Source of the DNA: Gekko japonicus
Lineage: Eukaryota
Direction of reading: 5' to 3'
Assembly: GCF_001447785.1 (NCBI RefSeq)
Contig: NW_015175396.1
Coordinates: 165,947 to 229,946 of the forward strand
Length of the DNA stretch: 64,000 nucleotides
This document shows positions 34,481 to 46,824 of the stretch, one piece after another. Below the pieces are notes generated by a model that was not told where the DNA came from, made no database searches, and saw only the letters and a list, made by a program, of their open reading frames with translations. Each line of letters begins with the position of its first letter. Within the stretch, counting starts at the first letter, position 1. The position numbers were made by a program, and so were the translations under genes.

Positions 34481-36931
34481 AATAAATACATTCATTAAAC
34501 TCATTAGGTGAGATTGGGACAGTGCCTGTCTCTCAGCGTAATCCACATCAGCGATTTTGAGAGAACAGAAAAGGAGGGGGAAAATATAAAATGCAATAAT
34601 AATTCAATGAGGATAGGCTTGCAGAGCACTCAGCATTCGGTGTTTGCTGTGCATCTCACGCAGCAAGTAAGAAAACTCTAAAATATTTCTTTGGGCAAAT
34701 GTTGCAATGTATTCCCAGACAGAAGGATGGGTTTTTTCCCTCTGTGTGTGTGTTGCTTCTCTTTTTAGTCACAAATAGCCACACAAACAGTCCTGGAACA
34801 GAAAATGAACATGTAAATAACTACTTAAGTAAAATTTACTTCCAGATCGCTGTCAGTGATTTAAAGGACTTGTCTCTGTTCATTTCTTCACTGCTCTTTG
34901 GTTGTTTAACAGTGTAGTCCTATGCAGGATCCTGCAACCTGTTCCTGCAGAGAAGCGATGGCCTCCACAGCTAGTTGGTGTGTGCTATCATGGCTGAGAC
35001 ATTTGTGTCTTGAGCACTACTGAAGAAACACTTCAGTTCAATAACGATAACCTGTGTTCTTGGGTGGATTTTTAGGTACTGTTTTCAGAAGCCCTTTCAT
35101 GTTGTAGGGGAGGCATTCTGACAGCAGAGTGTTTGAGAATCTTTCCATAGGTTAATTGAACGTTATCTGTTTCCTGTAGCGTAACAGCCGATTACCAAAA
35201 TGGAGAGCGAAGGCGATAACTTTCGTTTGTAACAAGTGTACAATTAGGGGCTGCTTATTAGAGCATTTAATAGCTGCTGCAGGCCATTGACTCACATGAG
35301 CCACGCATCACTCAGAGAGAACTTGCAACAATACTTATAGCAGCAACTGCCATGGAGAAATGGCCACTGCCTTTTGAGTGTTCCCTTGTCTTGTATTTCT
35401 CATGCAGATGGATCACTTATGGGAGTTGGTAGATGCCCACATAAGCAACCGGTTGCAGAGGGTGAACTGATGAGGGCGTACACTGGCTTGCAAATAATAT
35501 AGGCTTTTGGGGGGGTTCTTATAAAAGGAGGAGAGAGAGTAGCTATTTCTCTGCATCCAGAATGCTCTCTCCAATTCCTACATTTTGCTTAAGGATAAAC
35601 TAATCTGACATCTGCTCTGGACTTATTTCTTTCTTGTGCAGTATTCCTGAACAGTGGAATGAGACGGTCGTACCATACATCAGCATAGAAACATCTACTC
35701 TGTCCTTTTTTTTCTCCGAACACACCATCAGTGGAAGAATACTTTGTAACTTGCATTTTGAACATGTTGCTCAGGATTCACAATACCACTTATACTTTGG
35801 TGTATTTCTTATGTGTGATCGAAATGGCTACAGAGATACTGAATGGATACCCACTAACTTTCTACACCCCTTGATTACATATGTGGTATTTTGCCTGTAC
35901 TGGCATTTTGTTTTTAGTATCTCATGATAAAGCATCTTTCTTTGTTAGACTGTGCCCAACATCTAAGGCTTTTCTTTCAAAAAACCTCTAGGCCACCTTT
36001 CCACTAACCCAGGGCAGCTTACAACTAATTAAAGATTACAACACAATAAAATGCTGCAGATTTCCCATTTGCAGCAAAAGATCTGCAGTTAACATGTTCT
36101 TTCTAATAATTAGTTTTTATCAAATCCACTGTTCTATAAGATCAGTCCCTGGATGGTGATTATTGGCTAGAGATTCATAGTATCTACTTAAGGAGCTTTT
36201 GGTTTCATGCAATTTAATAATCCTCTGATCTGTTAGATTAGTATTTAAAAGCAAAAATGGGTAGGGCTGATTGCAAATTAATGTGGTACTGGGCTGTTTT
36301 ACTTTCCCCAAGACTCTTTAAGTGGCTATGCTGTGTGTGCATGTGCATATTGGTGTCGTGTCTCTCCCCCCCCCCCCCCCCCCAAAAATAACACTTATAT
36401 GGCATTGAAAGATACACAGACGTCCCGGAAGTCCATTTTTACTCTAAATTTGTTCTTGAAAAAATGAAGCTGCCTCAATCCAAGTAAGCATTTAATCTGC
36501 TTTTAGCACTGCAGTGTGTTATCCTGCAGCTATGATCTGCCTTAATATGTCATGCCAAATGTTTAGGTCTAGCATTCTGCCTTAAAAGTTTAGAAATACA
36601 TTGTATTAGTTGAAGACATTTCAGGAGAGAACATAAAAAAAAATTGCTTATGTATGTCAGTCATAATGATATTTTTAAACATTGTTTCAACCTAATTTGA
36701 AGATCACTGTTTTTTAATATGCCAGTGGATGGTGCACATCTTTAGATGTTTTTGCTGCTGAATCAGTACATCCAAATTGTATGCCCTGCTCCTTTAAAAC
36801 AAAAAAGAAAATAATGTAGACCAGGGTTCCTCAACATGATGCCCATAGGTGGTGCCAGTACTTCCCTTGGTGACAGCCAAGCTTTTCAGAAAATGGGCGA
36901 GGTCATTGTAAAGCAAGCCTTTTTTATGGCT

Positions 36932-37265
36932 AAAGGTAAAGTTTTCCTTTGCTCGAAAGCCAGTTGAATCCAACTCTAGGAGGCGGTGCTCATCTCTGTT
37001 TCCAAGCCGAAGAGCCAGCACTGTCAGATGACGTTTCCGTGGTCATTTGGCTGGCATGACTAAACGCCAAGGTGCATGGAATGCTATTACCTTCCAACCA
37101 AAGCGGTACCTACTTATCTACTTGCAATTTCTATCTTTCCAACTGCTAGGTTGACAGGAGCTGGGGCCAGAGACAGGAGCTCACTCCCATCATGCGGCAC
37201 TTGGGTCTTGAACTGCCGAACTACAGACCTTCCAGTCTGTCTTAACCTCTGAGCCACCGCTGCCC
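36932..37265 (-). mobile_element. Sauria SINE
   Basis: Reverse complement has a tRNA-like head and ACCTTT tail; similar to 46469-46824; TSD includes TTATGGCT. Confidence 0.82.
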
Positions 37266-37340
37266 TTTTCTTATGGCTGCCCTTATTTAAATGACAGGGA
37301 TTTCCTGTCAGGACCCACAGTCAATCACTTCAGCACACAC

Positions 37341-37635
37341 TGTTAGGAATAACTAATACTAAGCAAACAGGTATAGATATAGTACACTCAAAAGCCCCCC
37401 CCCCCAATCAATGGGCCAATTAGGCACTCTCTCGCGAGTGGGAAGAACCGTTGGAGTGTAGTTGAGGAAACGAAACTAGTCCCACGGTTGAAAGATGGGA
37501 AGACACTACACTAGCGAGCTACAAGGTCAATGATAAGGAGTAGAGGCACTGAGGGGAATGGAATGCAGGCCTGGCTAGTACACAGGTCAAGCGAGCGAAC
37601 TGAAACCCATAAACCTTATGGCAGCCTAGCTAACA
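37341..37635. mobile_element. Possible solo LTR
   Basis: TGTTAG...CTAACA termini; imperfect 4-bp flank ACAC/TCAC. Confidence 0.35.
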
Positions 37636-38098
37636 TCACTATAGGCCTGAGGAGCACCTGGACTTTCCTTAGGGAGTGTGTGGTTCTGTTTCCCCTTCAG
37701 GCTTTTCTTCTCCCCAGGAGGCATGAGAAGGAAGGTATTATTCAGCTCAGCCTCTTGTGACAGCCATCTTGGGCCTGGCTCCCTCTCTTGTGGAAGCCGT
37801 TTAAAGGTGGTGCTTCCCACCTCCTCTCGAAATTTCAGATGTTCCTGCAGACTGTAAAAGGTTGGGGGCCCCCTGCTGTAGACCTTAAGTCAGGAAGATG
37901 GCACCTCCTCAGAATTTGCTGCACACTACTGCTCATCCAGACGAACAATTATGGTTGTAGGCACTTTTTTTCACTATTTCCTGATTGAGGCAGTAGGTAG
38001 ATTATTTGAAAGAAATGAAGTATTTATATTTGGAAGAATATTTAAACAAACACCGTGAGTTAAAGAACTTGGAATCCAACCCAGTGGTTGTGTACTGA

Positions 38099-38304
38099 TA
38101 GGGTGACCTACCTCCAGGTGGAGACTGGAGATCTCCTGGAATTACAGCTGCTCTCCAGATGACAGAGATCAGTTCCACTGGAGAAAATGGCTGCTTTGGC
38201 GGGTGAGCTCAATAGTGTTGTACCCCACTGAGGTCCCTCCCCACGCTCCACACTCCAAATCTCCAGGTATTTTCCAACTCAGACCTGGCAAGTTGGCAAC
38301 CCTG
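38099..38304. mobile_element. TAGGGT(T/G)-family MITE
   Basis: TAGGGTGACC/GGCAACCCTG; TSD TGTACTGA/TTTACTGA. Confidence 0.75.
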
Positions 38305-38685
38305 TTTACTGAGGACTAAGTCCTCCTGAGTTCCGTGGGCCTTACTCCCAAATAAACATGCACTGGATCGTAGTGTTATTATGCCTTCAGGCATAGCATT
38401 ATCAGTGTTTGTATTTCAGCTTGTAGTTAATTGGAAACCTTTAAACAGCTTCTAATTAATACGATGTTTGATTAGCACAGATGAGAATACACCCGTTCTC
38501 TCCAAGGCTATATTTAAACATCTCACTGAATACTTAGCATCGCAAGAAACCAAATTTGTAATCTCAAGTATTCTACGATGACTTGTGTTTGAGAAGCTAA
38601 TTAAGTAGGCTTTTTAAAAAATTGACTCTCCTTCCTGCTTCATTTCTAGGCCTACAGGTGGATGAAATTCCAGTTCTATATTAGA

Positions 38686-39698
38686 CTAGGAGAAAGGCCT
38701 GTCGTGGACAGGAATGCGACGGGCCCTAGGACTCGTTCCCGAGTGAGCGTGGGGGGTGGGCCAGGAGGGGGCGGGGGGGCCTGTGGCTGGCTTCTCCCAC
38801 GTGCCCGCTTCGGTGGGAGGGCAGGAGAAGCCACGGGGAGGGCTTTAAAGGTTCCCGGCGTGGCTGGGGGGGCGGGCGGGGGGGGCTGTGGCTGGCTTCT
38901 CCCGCGCGCCCACTTCGGTGGGAGGGCAGGAGAAGCCACAGGGAGGGCTTTAAAGGGTACCCAGCCCCTTCCTGGCTCACTTGTCTCAGCGGGCGGGCCA
39001 AGAGGGGGCCGGGGGCCTGTGGGCGGCTTCTCCCACGTGGCCGCTCTGGCGGGAGGGCAGAAGAACCCATGGAGAGGGTTGTAAAGGGCTCCCGGGTTCC
39101 CTCCTGGCTCGCTTGTCTCAGCGGGCGGGTGAGGAGGGGGTGGGTGGCCTCTGGACAGCTTCTCCTGCTCGCCGGCCTCAGAGGCCTTTCCCCGTGTGTC
39201 CGCCTCGGCAGCCGGGCAGGGAAAGACGGCGCGGAGGCCTCCGGTGGTCCCACGCCGGCCGCCGCTCCCGGAGGCCGGTGAGCGGCCGTAGAAGCCAGGT
39301 GAGATCAGGTGAAGAGGGTGGTGCGGGGGCCTCAGAAAGGTTGCACAGGGGCCTCAGGTCTTTCCCCGCCCAGCAACCGCAGCCGGTGAGCAGGGAAAGG
39401 TTGCGCGTGGGCCTGAGAAGGCGGGGGGAGATGCTGTGGGCGGCCGGCTGACTGGCGTGGTTGTCCTTGGCGTCTCATGTGTCCTGGCCGTGGAGCGGCC
39501 ATCGTCTTTGGCGGTGGTGTATGCACTGAGAGCAACACGCTGGCTGCCGGACGTTTGGGCGGGACTGAGGCCACATGGCCACCCAGCAACTGGCAGAGTT
39601 TTGGAGTGGCAGTTCAGGCGGCCAACTGATTTTGGCATGAATTGAATCCTGCCACCCCATAAGAGAGATGCCACCCCAAATCAGCTTTATAATATAGA
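38686..39698 (-). mobile_element. Non-autonomous Helitron-like element with GC-rich internal tandem repeats
   Basis: Minus strand starts TCTATATTATAAAG and ends with hairpin GCCCGTCG..CGACAGGC then CTAG|T; no TSD; about three 110-130-bp units containing GGCTTCTCC..GGAGAAGCC. Confidence 0.72.
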
Positions 39699-40278
39699 GA
39701 GCTATGCTTTAGGGGGTGTTGATTCCCACACTTTGCCCCTCTCTGGGGTTGAACTCCCCCCGAAGGAGCTTGGATAGTTTTGCTTTTTACACCACAGTAA
39801 TAACAGTCAGGATTGACCTGTTCCGTCTAGCACTGAGCAGATTCTTGCATGGGGCGAATGAAATACTAGTTCATCATAAGATATGCTGTTTGTTTCCTGT
39901 CACTAAAAGGTGACAGTCAGCTTTCTGTTATGTGTATTTGCAGCAAACATACCTGTGCAGATGGCATGAGGAGAAAACACCATGTGAGAGGAGACCCTGA
40001 ATGTTGCAGCACTATATTTTTTGTAAAAAAACCCCAACTAATTACTATTGGACGAATAGTTGTATATTCTCTCGTTGGGGTTCCCTTGCAAAAATGTTTA
40101 TTGGCATGGATCCTTAGATCAACAAGATTTTCTAATCTTCCTAGAAGGCAAATGTACAACCTTTTCCTCTGGAACAACCACTGCACATATACAAGCACAC
40201 AAGTCATCGCTAAATTGTATTTCTTGAATACATACACACAACCAGTTGAAAGAACTTATACTGCCATGCAATGAAGAT

Positions 40279-40468
40279 AGATTCAATTGGGTAGCTGTGT
40301 TGGTCTGAAGCAACAGAACAAAGTTTGAGTCCAGTGGCACTTTTAAGACCAACAGAGTTTTATTCTGGGTATCAGCTTTCGTCTGCATTCACACATCTTC
40401 AGATAAGTTACACTCAGAATTAAATTTTGCTGATCGTAAAGGTGCCACTGGACTCAGACTTTGTTCTA
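40279..40468. mobile_element. Penelope-like fragment forming a fold-back, with a damaged hammerhead between the arms
   Basis: 40315-40367 is inverted relative to 40416-40468; minus strand CUGAAGA..GAAAGCUG. Confidence 0.75.
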
Positions 40469-41894
40469 GTGCCATGCTAAGCAGAGTTTGACCCTTCTAA
40501 GCCCACTGAAATCAGTTTTGAGTCTGGTTTATAGTTCTTCAGGTTCTTCCTACTGTGCTCCTTACCAGAATTATTGGTGAAAGAATTTTTTTAAAACGTA
40601 GTTTGCTTACATTTCAGCAATTGAAATGTTTCCATTTGGTTACACGTACTGCTGGAAAGAGAAGAGCACACATTATGTTACTCTTTTCTCAGCCTGGCTG
40701 AAAATAATTAGAACTCGAGCGTAGTGATTATTTGCTTGTATGTTAGCAGTTCACGTTGTGAAGAACGGATTTACCATTCCTTGATAATAGATAATTACAG
40801 AGTAGGCAGTATTTCTGTCATCTCTACACCAAAAGAACTTTTCTTCTACCAAGCTTTCCATACAAGTGATCTGTTTTCAACCATCTCTTGGGGGAAACCA
40901 GTCCTTTACAGATCAGACTATTTAGGGTGTCAACGTTAGCTCTAAGTGTGGAAAATTAAATACAGACACAATTCATTTTGAAGTTTGGTTATTTCTTTCT
41001 GGTGTCCATATCTTTGAGCACTCTGTCACAGTCAGATATTTCCTCATATCCATGAAGACCAGAAGCATAATGAAAGTTGATATTTTCAGAGGCTCAGATG
41101 TAAATTAAAAATTTTAAAGCAAACTAAATAATAATATTTCTAGGCCTTCCTTGAAGTTAGCAGCTCAGAATAAGCAGAGCACACTTGTGTTCTGCAAATA
41201 GATGCATATTCTCCATTGATAAATTATTATTATTGTTTCTCCAAAGTTCTGGTGGCAAAAAACATAATCTGCCTGTGTCAGTACTCAAGATGGCTAACAA
41301 TGGAAACATTAAAAGGAAATGTTTTACTATTCCGAACTGTGCTGCTTTTAGCGTGGTGGCACCTCAGTTCGGGAACCAAATAAATCTCACATGGCAATCT
41401 TAAGCTGCAGTGGTTAGCATATTGTGTAAATCATGAGGAGTGAATGATTGGAGAGGGAGATGGGAGTTCCAAGGAGGTGGTGGAAATCTGTTGCCTTTTC
41501 AGAGTTTGTGTATATACTCACTATAAACCGTATCAGGCTCTCTTAGGAACCAAACAGCACTGCGATAGAAGCAGCCAGAAAACTCGCTGATCTGTGTGCT
41601 GTTTGTTATTGGTCCCGGTTCAGATTTATGCTTCAGTTTTGCAAACTGAAATGGAAAGTCTTGATTGAGTGCATAATTTGATGATGGCTTCAACAGATGC
41701 GTAATCAAGCTTAAATGTCACACTGATGTTCCCATTATGAGATGGTGCTTTATCCTCAATCTTCACCCTTCCCTTCCCTTCCCACTTCCATTGCAACGGA
41801 GATTTTTGATTGCTTGCCCTATAGTGATGTCTGCTTTGATATTCCCCATTAATTTTTAGTAATTACCTTTTTTTGCCTGCATGCCAGCCTTCAG

Positions 41895-42044
41895 TTTTAA
41901 TGGCCTTCTTTGTGTGTTCATTTTGTTTTTTGTTTCCCATCGTGGTTTTGTTTATTTCTTTTTTGGTTTTTTTCCCCCCTGTTCTCTCTTTAAATCGTCG
42001 TGATGTTTGCCCTTCCATGTTCCCCAATGTTTGCACATGACAAG
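41895..42044 (+). promoter_or_regulatory. AG-exclusion zone and long pyrimidine tract before the exon ~8 alternative acceptors
   Basis: No AG between 41895 and 42042; TTTAAT candidate distant branch point at ~41900. Confidence 0.6.
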
Positions 42045-42264
42045 ATGTTGCCATCCCAACATTACCTCCCACTTCACTGACCAGTGCCACTACTGACCAT
42101 CTAGCACCAGCAACAACTGGACCGTTGCCTTCTGCCCCTCGGGATGTTGTGGCTTCTCTTGTGTCCACGCGGTTCATCAAGCTGACCTGGAGGGCACCTG
42201 CATCGGATCCACATGGAGACAATCTCACCTACTCAGTATTCTACACCAAGGAAGCTATCAACAG
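42045..42264 (+). CDS. NEO1: NEO1 exon ~8 (Ig4-FN1 linker, FN1 N-half); alternative acceptors at 42045 (long) and 42105 (short)
   Basis: caag|AT GTT GCC adds [20 protein letters not shown] in frame before ctag|CA CCA ([16 protein letters not shown]...YTKEAIN); donor AG|gtatgt; 220 or 160 nt. Confidence 0.93.
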
Positions 42265-44154
42265 GTATGTTGCTCAAACCGCTTGCAAATTTCTGATATC
42301 TTAAAGCATCTTCCGGCTGTTCGAGCATTGGGATTGGGGCCTGCACCATCCTGAAGATATGTACCAAGAATTTAGAAAAAACACGCGCTAAAATAAAACC
42401 TATCCAGTGGTTAAAACTCTCCCAGAAATAAGTACTTTTGACAGGGTTCCTGGAAGATGCTAAGACTCAGGAACGTTATTTTCAGATGGAAGAAGCTCCA
42501 TATTTCGGTCAAGTAAGGCACTAGGGAGAGCTGCATGTTCTAAAATGAACAGTTTTGCTTTGGGCTTGAACCTGTTTCCCCTTTGTAGAGTGTTTTGGTT
42601 TGGAGGTCTGGAGGCAGACATTTGGACCTCTAACCACAGTCCAGCAGTCTTCCCATGTTACCCTTTAGCTTGGACAAGCAGCACAATCAGGTATCCCTTT
42701 CCTTCGTTTTGTAGTACAGTGCTAGCATAGTTAGGCCCTTACTTAACCAGAAAAGCCTCAGGAAGGTATGAGCCTGTCATCATCAACGTGACGTGTCTGA
42801 TACTTGAATTTTGCTACCTTAAGATGAGATTTATTTATTTAATCTATTATTGTACTGCATGGTCCAAGACTTTGCCTGATATTGTTTCCAATAAAAATGG
42901 CAAATAGAAGAACAGCTAATGAAAATAATAAAATGGAACAATAAAAGCAGCACAGAATGCTTAAGTCTGCCTAGCAGCATAATGATGTAAGCACAAATCA
43001 GCATGAACTGAGCAGTGAAAATATTTTTTTAAAAATACGTTAACGAGGAACTATTAACAATATGCCTAGGGCAGCACGAGAATTTATGATGGCCTTTTTA
43101 ACAAAAGCATTGCTTGCAGTGTGGTATAATGACTGGAGTCTTGGACTAGGATCTGGGAGACCCAGGTTCGAATCCCCACCCTGCCATGGAAGTTCACTGG
43201 GTGACCTTGGGCCAGTCACACTCTCTCAGTCTAACCTACCTCACAGGTTGGTTGTTGTGAGCATAAAACGTATGCCCCCCCAAGCTGTTTGGAGGAAGAT
43301 CAGGTGGAAAATGTTAGAAATAAATAAATGCCAGCTCCCCCCCCCCCCCCAACAGTCTAGGACAGCAGTGCAATTAGTTGGGTAAAATGATTGATTTTAA
43401 ATGTGCTTCCAATCTATTGGGCAGAAGACCTTTTAAAATCCTTATTTTTTTGTGCATGTATTTGCAAATAACCACAGGAGTGATCTTGCAACTGTGGGTT
43501 AGTTCCCTCACTTGACTAGCAGGAGGCAGATGTGTTCCAAAGCATTTTTAGGACCAAGCAAGGGGCCACCCCTTCACCAAGAAACCCAAAATAGCACTCT
43601 CCATTTGCAGAGAAATTGGATTGTTTTAGAACAGATGCTTCAGTTGGCCTGAAGACAGTTTTTATGCAGCATTATTGCCTCCTCCCCCTGCCCCTTATCA
43701 GCTGTTTACAGCTGATAATGGCTTATGTCTCTAGGGAAGCCAAGAGGTAAAACATTCCATGCCTCCCTCAGAGAGGTTGTCATGCCTGATTATCACAGGG
43801 TGGTTCAAGTATTTTCCTCAGAGGAGACCTTTACAACTTGACAGTGCCATCTTCCTTTCCACTCCTGCTTTCATCCACCACCACCTTGACTCAGCCGGTT
43901 GCCTTTGCTGTTGAGGGATAGGCTCAAGGGTTCCTGGTTTTGCAGAGTAATCTTAATCCTGCCCCACATTTCTCCACCTTTTGTGAATATGAGGCAGGTG
44001 TGACTGGCCCAGTAGCAGTCCAAGTTGCAGGGGCTAGAGAAGGGGGGGGGGGGGGAGGGAACCAACCACACAGGAAGAATGCCTTCCTACTCAGAAGGCT
44101 CCTTTACAAAGGAGATTCAGAACCAGAGAGGCGCTTCAGCCCCAGTTGTTTATG

Positions 44155-44378
44155 AGGAGGGGCTATAGTTCAGTGGTGGAGCATCTGCTTGGATTGCAGG
44201 AAGGTTCCTGGTTCAATTCCCAAGCTTTTCCACTTTAAAAAAAAAAGAAGATCAGATAGTTGTTCATGAGAAAGACCCTCTGTCTAAGGCCCTTGGAGAG
44301 CTGCTACCAGCCTGAGTAGACATCACTGACCTCGATGGACCACCAATCAGATTCAGTGTAAAGCAGTTTCATATGTTC
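44155..44378 (+). mobile_element. tRNA-derived SINE (squamate type)
   Basis: GGGGCTATAGTTCAGTGGTGGAGCATCTGC...GGTTCAATTCCC with A/B boxes; TATGTTCATA tail. Confidence 0.65.
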
Positions 44379-44399
44379 ATATCTGTATCTAGGGGTAGG

Positions 44400-45700
44400 A
44401 CATCAAAAAGGGGTAAGAAGTCCTCCACAGCTGCTTCCCCTTTGAGATCCACTCAGAAAGCTCCACCCTACAAGAAAAGTAAAATTCCAGCATAAGGAAA
44501 ATACCCTGTGCCCTAAAGGGGAGAGGGGACTATCCGGTCCTGTCATCCCAGGTGGATGAGTCTGCTGAGCAGCAGTCTGCCATTAATACAGAAGAAAAGG
44601 TGATGGATGTGTTCATTGAGGTCATGGATCTGAAACACACTGTAAGCTACCTCCTGGAAAGGGTACACATTTCCCAGTATCTTCTCCTAAGTATGGGGGA
44701 GGGTACTCTTCTCCCTCTTGATTTTACACCTGAAAAGCTGATCTGATCAGAATAGGAAGCCCCAGGCTTTGTCTTTTGCCAAAGGAAAAACAAAGGGAAG
44801 CTCCACTCATCCCAAGGCTGGCGTGGCATGTGCATCGCTCCCTAAGAAGATGGCTGTGCCTGTGGAGGGAAAAGTCCTCCCAGAAGATTACATATGAGAG
44901 AACTGAGGCTTTTAAATGCTTGTCAGAGGCTTCAGCAAAAGCCCTAAAAGCCTCTGTAGCTAATTTATATTTTGCAAGGTAATGCCAATGTGGCTGCATT
45001 AACCGAAGTCTGATCCACTGCGAGATAAAAAGCTTTCCTCTCAATCTAAACTCTTTTTTTCTTTCTTTTTTTTGGGGGGTAGCACTTTATATAGCTGATG
45101 CAAGTTCACATTTCTCTGAGCTAATGGCAAGAGGATGCATGTGCGCAGATGATGTATGTGAGCAAGGCGACAGCGGGAATTTTATGGCTCAGAGAAGTGA
45201 TTTGGGGAAGTCCAAAGACAAACCTTTGGTAGAGCTGGGTGGAAAGAACAAGTTCGCCACACAAAGCGTGCATACTGCAGAGCTCACTTTCTTTTTCACC
45301 AGCCCAGTGGCACGATGGTGTGCCTCTGGGGAACCCGTTATTAAGATGCTGTTGCCAATGGCATGTGAGCAACCTTAAGAATGAGCTTTAGATGTAGATC
45401 AGTTGGATCCCAGAGCTCTGGATAGAAGCAGTTGCTGAATTGTAACCTTGGAGTGGGCTTTGGTCTGGTTGCAGGGTAGGTGATCTACGTGCTCAGGCTT
45501 TGTGGTTGCCAGGAAGGTGTTCATCCTCCCCTCAGCACTGACATGGTGTGCTGGGAAAAATGGTTAGGTCAAAGACATTCTGTAGAAAAGTGCAGGGAAA
45601 GATTGATACAGTAATCAATAAAGCCCGGTGCACGAGCCACATATGGCCCTTTATCAAGAGAGCTGTGAATCTAGTGGAATCCTTGCAAAAGAGTCAAAAC
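44400..45700 (+). mobile_element. Highly degenerate DIRS gag-like remnant
   Basis: Fragments such as ERTEAFKCLSEASAKALKASVANLYFAR and ADASSHF..MARG resemble DIRS gag (LAP2alpha-related) C-terminal motifs. Confidence 0.45.
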
Positions 45701-46223
45701 TAATGGTACTTCACTCACTATGCAGGCTTCCTGATTGCTTTGAAACACACTGAGTTTTTACTGATTCCTTTAAAACATCTGTCTTTTATTGATTGTCTCT
45801 TGCTGTAATCATTTGGGGAGCTGTCCTCTTTGTGGGACTTCAGAGAGCCTCTCAGTCAAGAGGAAGGGTGTTTTCATCCTGTTGGAAACGGAATGTTTCA
45901 TGCTGTGGCTGACATGAGCACAATCTCTTGTGCTGAAGGTCTATTCAAAAGAAGAGCAGTTTTAGATAACCTCTGTTTCCCTCATCACCGTGAGAGGAAC
46001 TGCATGCTCTGAATGAAGCTGCCGCACCAGGAAGTGTTTTTTTTTTAAAAAACTAAGTTTTGGCATGTTAGCGTAACTAGTGTCATTATTGCGTTGCATC
46101 ATTGACAGTTCAGGTATGCACTAAATATCAGTAGTTCTATTTCATCGTGCTGATAAGTTCTTTTTCATGTTCTATTTCATCGTGCTGATAAGTTCTTTTT
46201 CTTTTTCTTTCTCTTAACAAAAG

Positions 46224-46378
46224 GGAACGCGTTGAAAACACAAGCCATCCTGGGGAGATGCAAGTGACGATTCAAAATCTCATGCCTGAGACAGTCTATA
46301 TTTTCAGAGTGGTAGCTCAGAACAAACATGGGCCTGGAGAGAGCTCGGTACCCCTGAAGGTGGCAACACAACCCGAGG
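46224..46378 (+). CDS. NEO1: NEO1 exon ~9 (FN1 C-half)
   Basis: aaag|G GAA CGC: [51 protein letters not shown]; donor G|gtgagc; 155 nt. Confidence 0.96.
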
Positions 46379-46468
46379 GTGAGCATTGAACCACTGCCCC
46401 GCTTGGCAGATGATAAACAGATACCTGTTAGTGTTCCTTCTCATAGGCTGTGTATGACCCTAGCTGTA

Positions 46469-46824
46469 AAAGGTAAACGTAAAGGTTCCCTTGCTCGAAA
46501 GCGAGTCGAATCCGACTCTAGGGTTGTGGTGCTCATCTCCGTTTCAAAGCCGAAGAGCCAGCGCTGTCCGAAGACGTTTCCGTGGTCATGTGGCCGGCAT
46601 GACTAAACACCAAGGCGCGTACGGAACGCTGTTACCTTCCCACCGAAGTGGTACCTATTTATCTACTTGCAATTTCTTGCTTTCGAACTGCTAGGTTGGC
46701 AGGAGCTGGAACTAGAGACAGGAGCTCACTACGTCATGCGGCAACCCAGGTCTCGAACTGCTGAACTACCGACCTTCCGCAGCCTGCAGTGAAGCATCTT
46801 AACCACTTGAGCCACCGCAGCTCC
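46469..46824 (-). mobile_element. Sauria SINE, full length and young
   Basis: Perfect 14-bp TSD TGACCCTAGCTGTA at 46455-46468 and 46825-46838; ACCTTT-type tail; CpGs retained. Confidence 0.9.

Larger units (their letters stand above)
36822..37875. mobile_element. hAT-Charlie-like MITE expanded by nested insertions
   Basis: CAGGGTTCCTCAAC...GTTGGGGGCCCCCTG; TSD ATGTAGAC/CTGTAGAC; related fragments at ~46990-47135 and ~63305-63602. Confidence 0.68.

Noticed and set aside
38662-39674. Multiple long ORFs or a CpG-island promoter of a nested gene
   Set aside because: They fall entirely within a Helitron-like repeat and show no recognisable domain.
44155-44230. tRNA gene
   Set aside because: No clean cloverleaf; continues into a SINE body.
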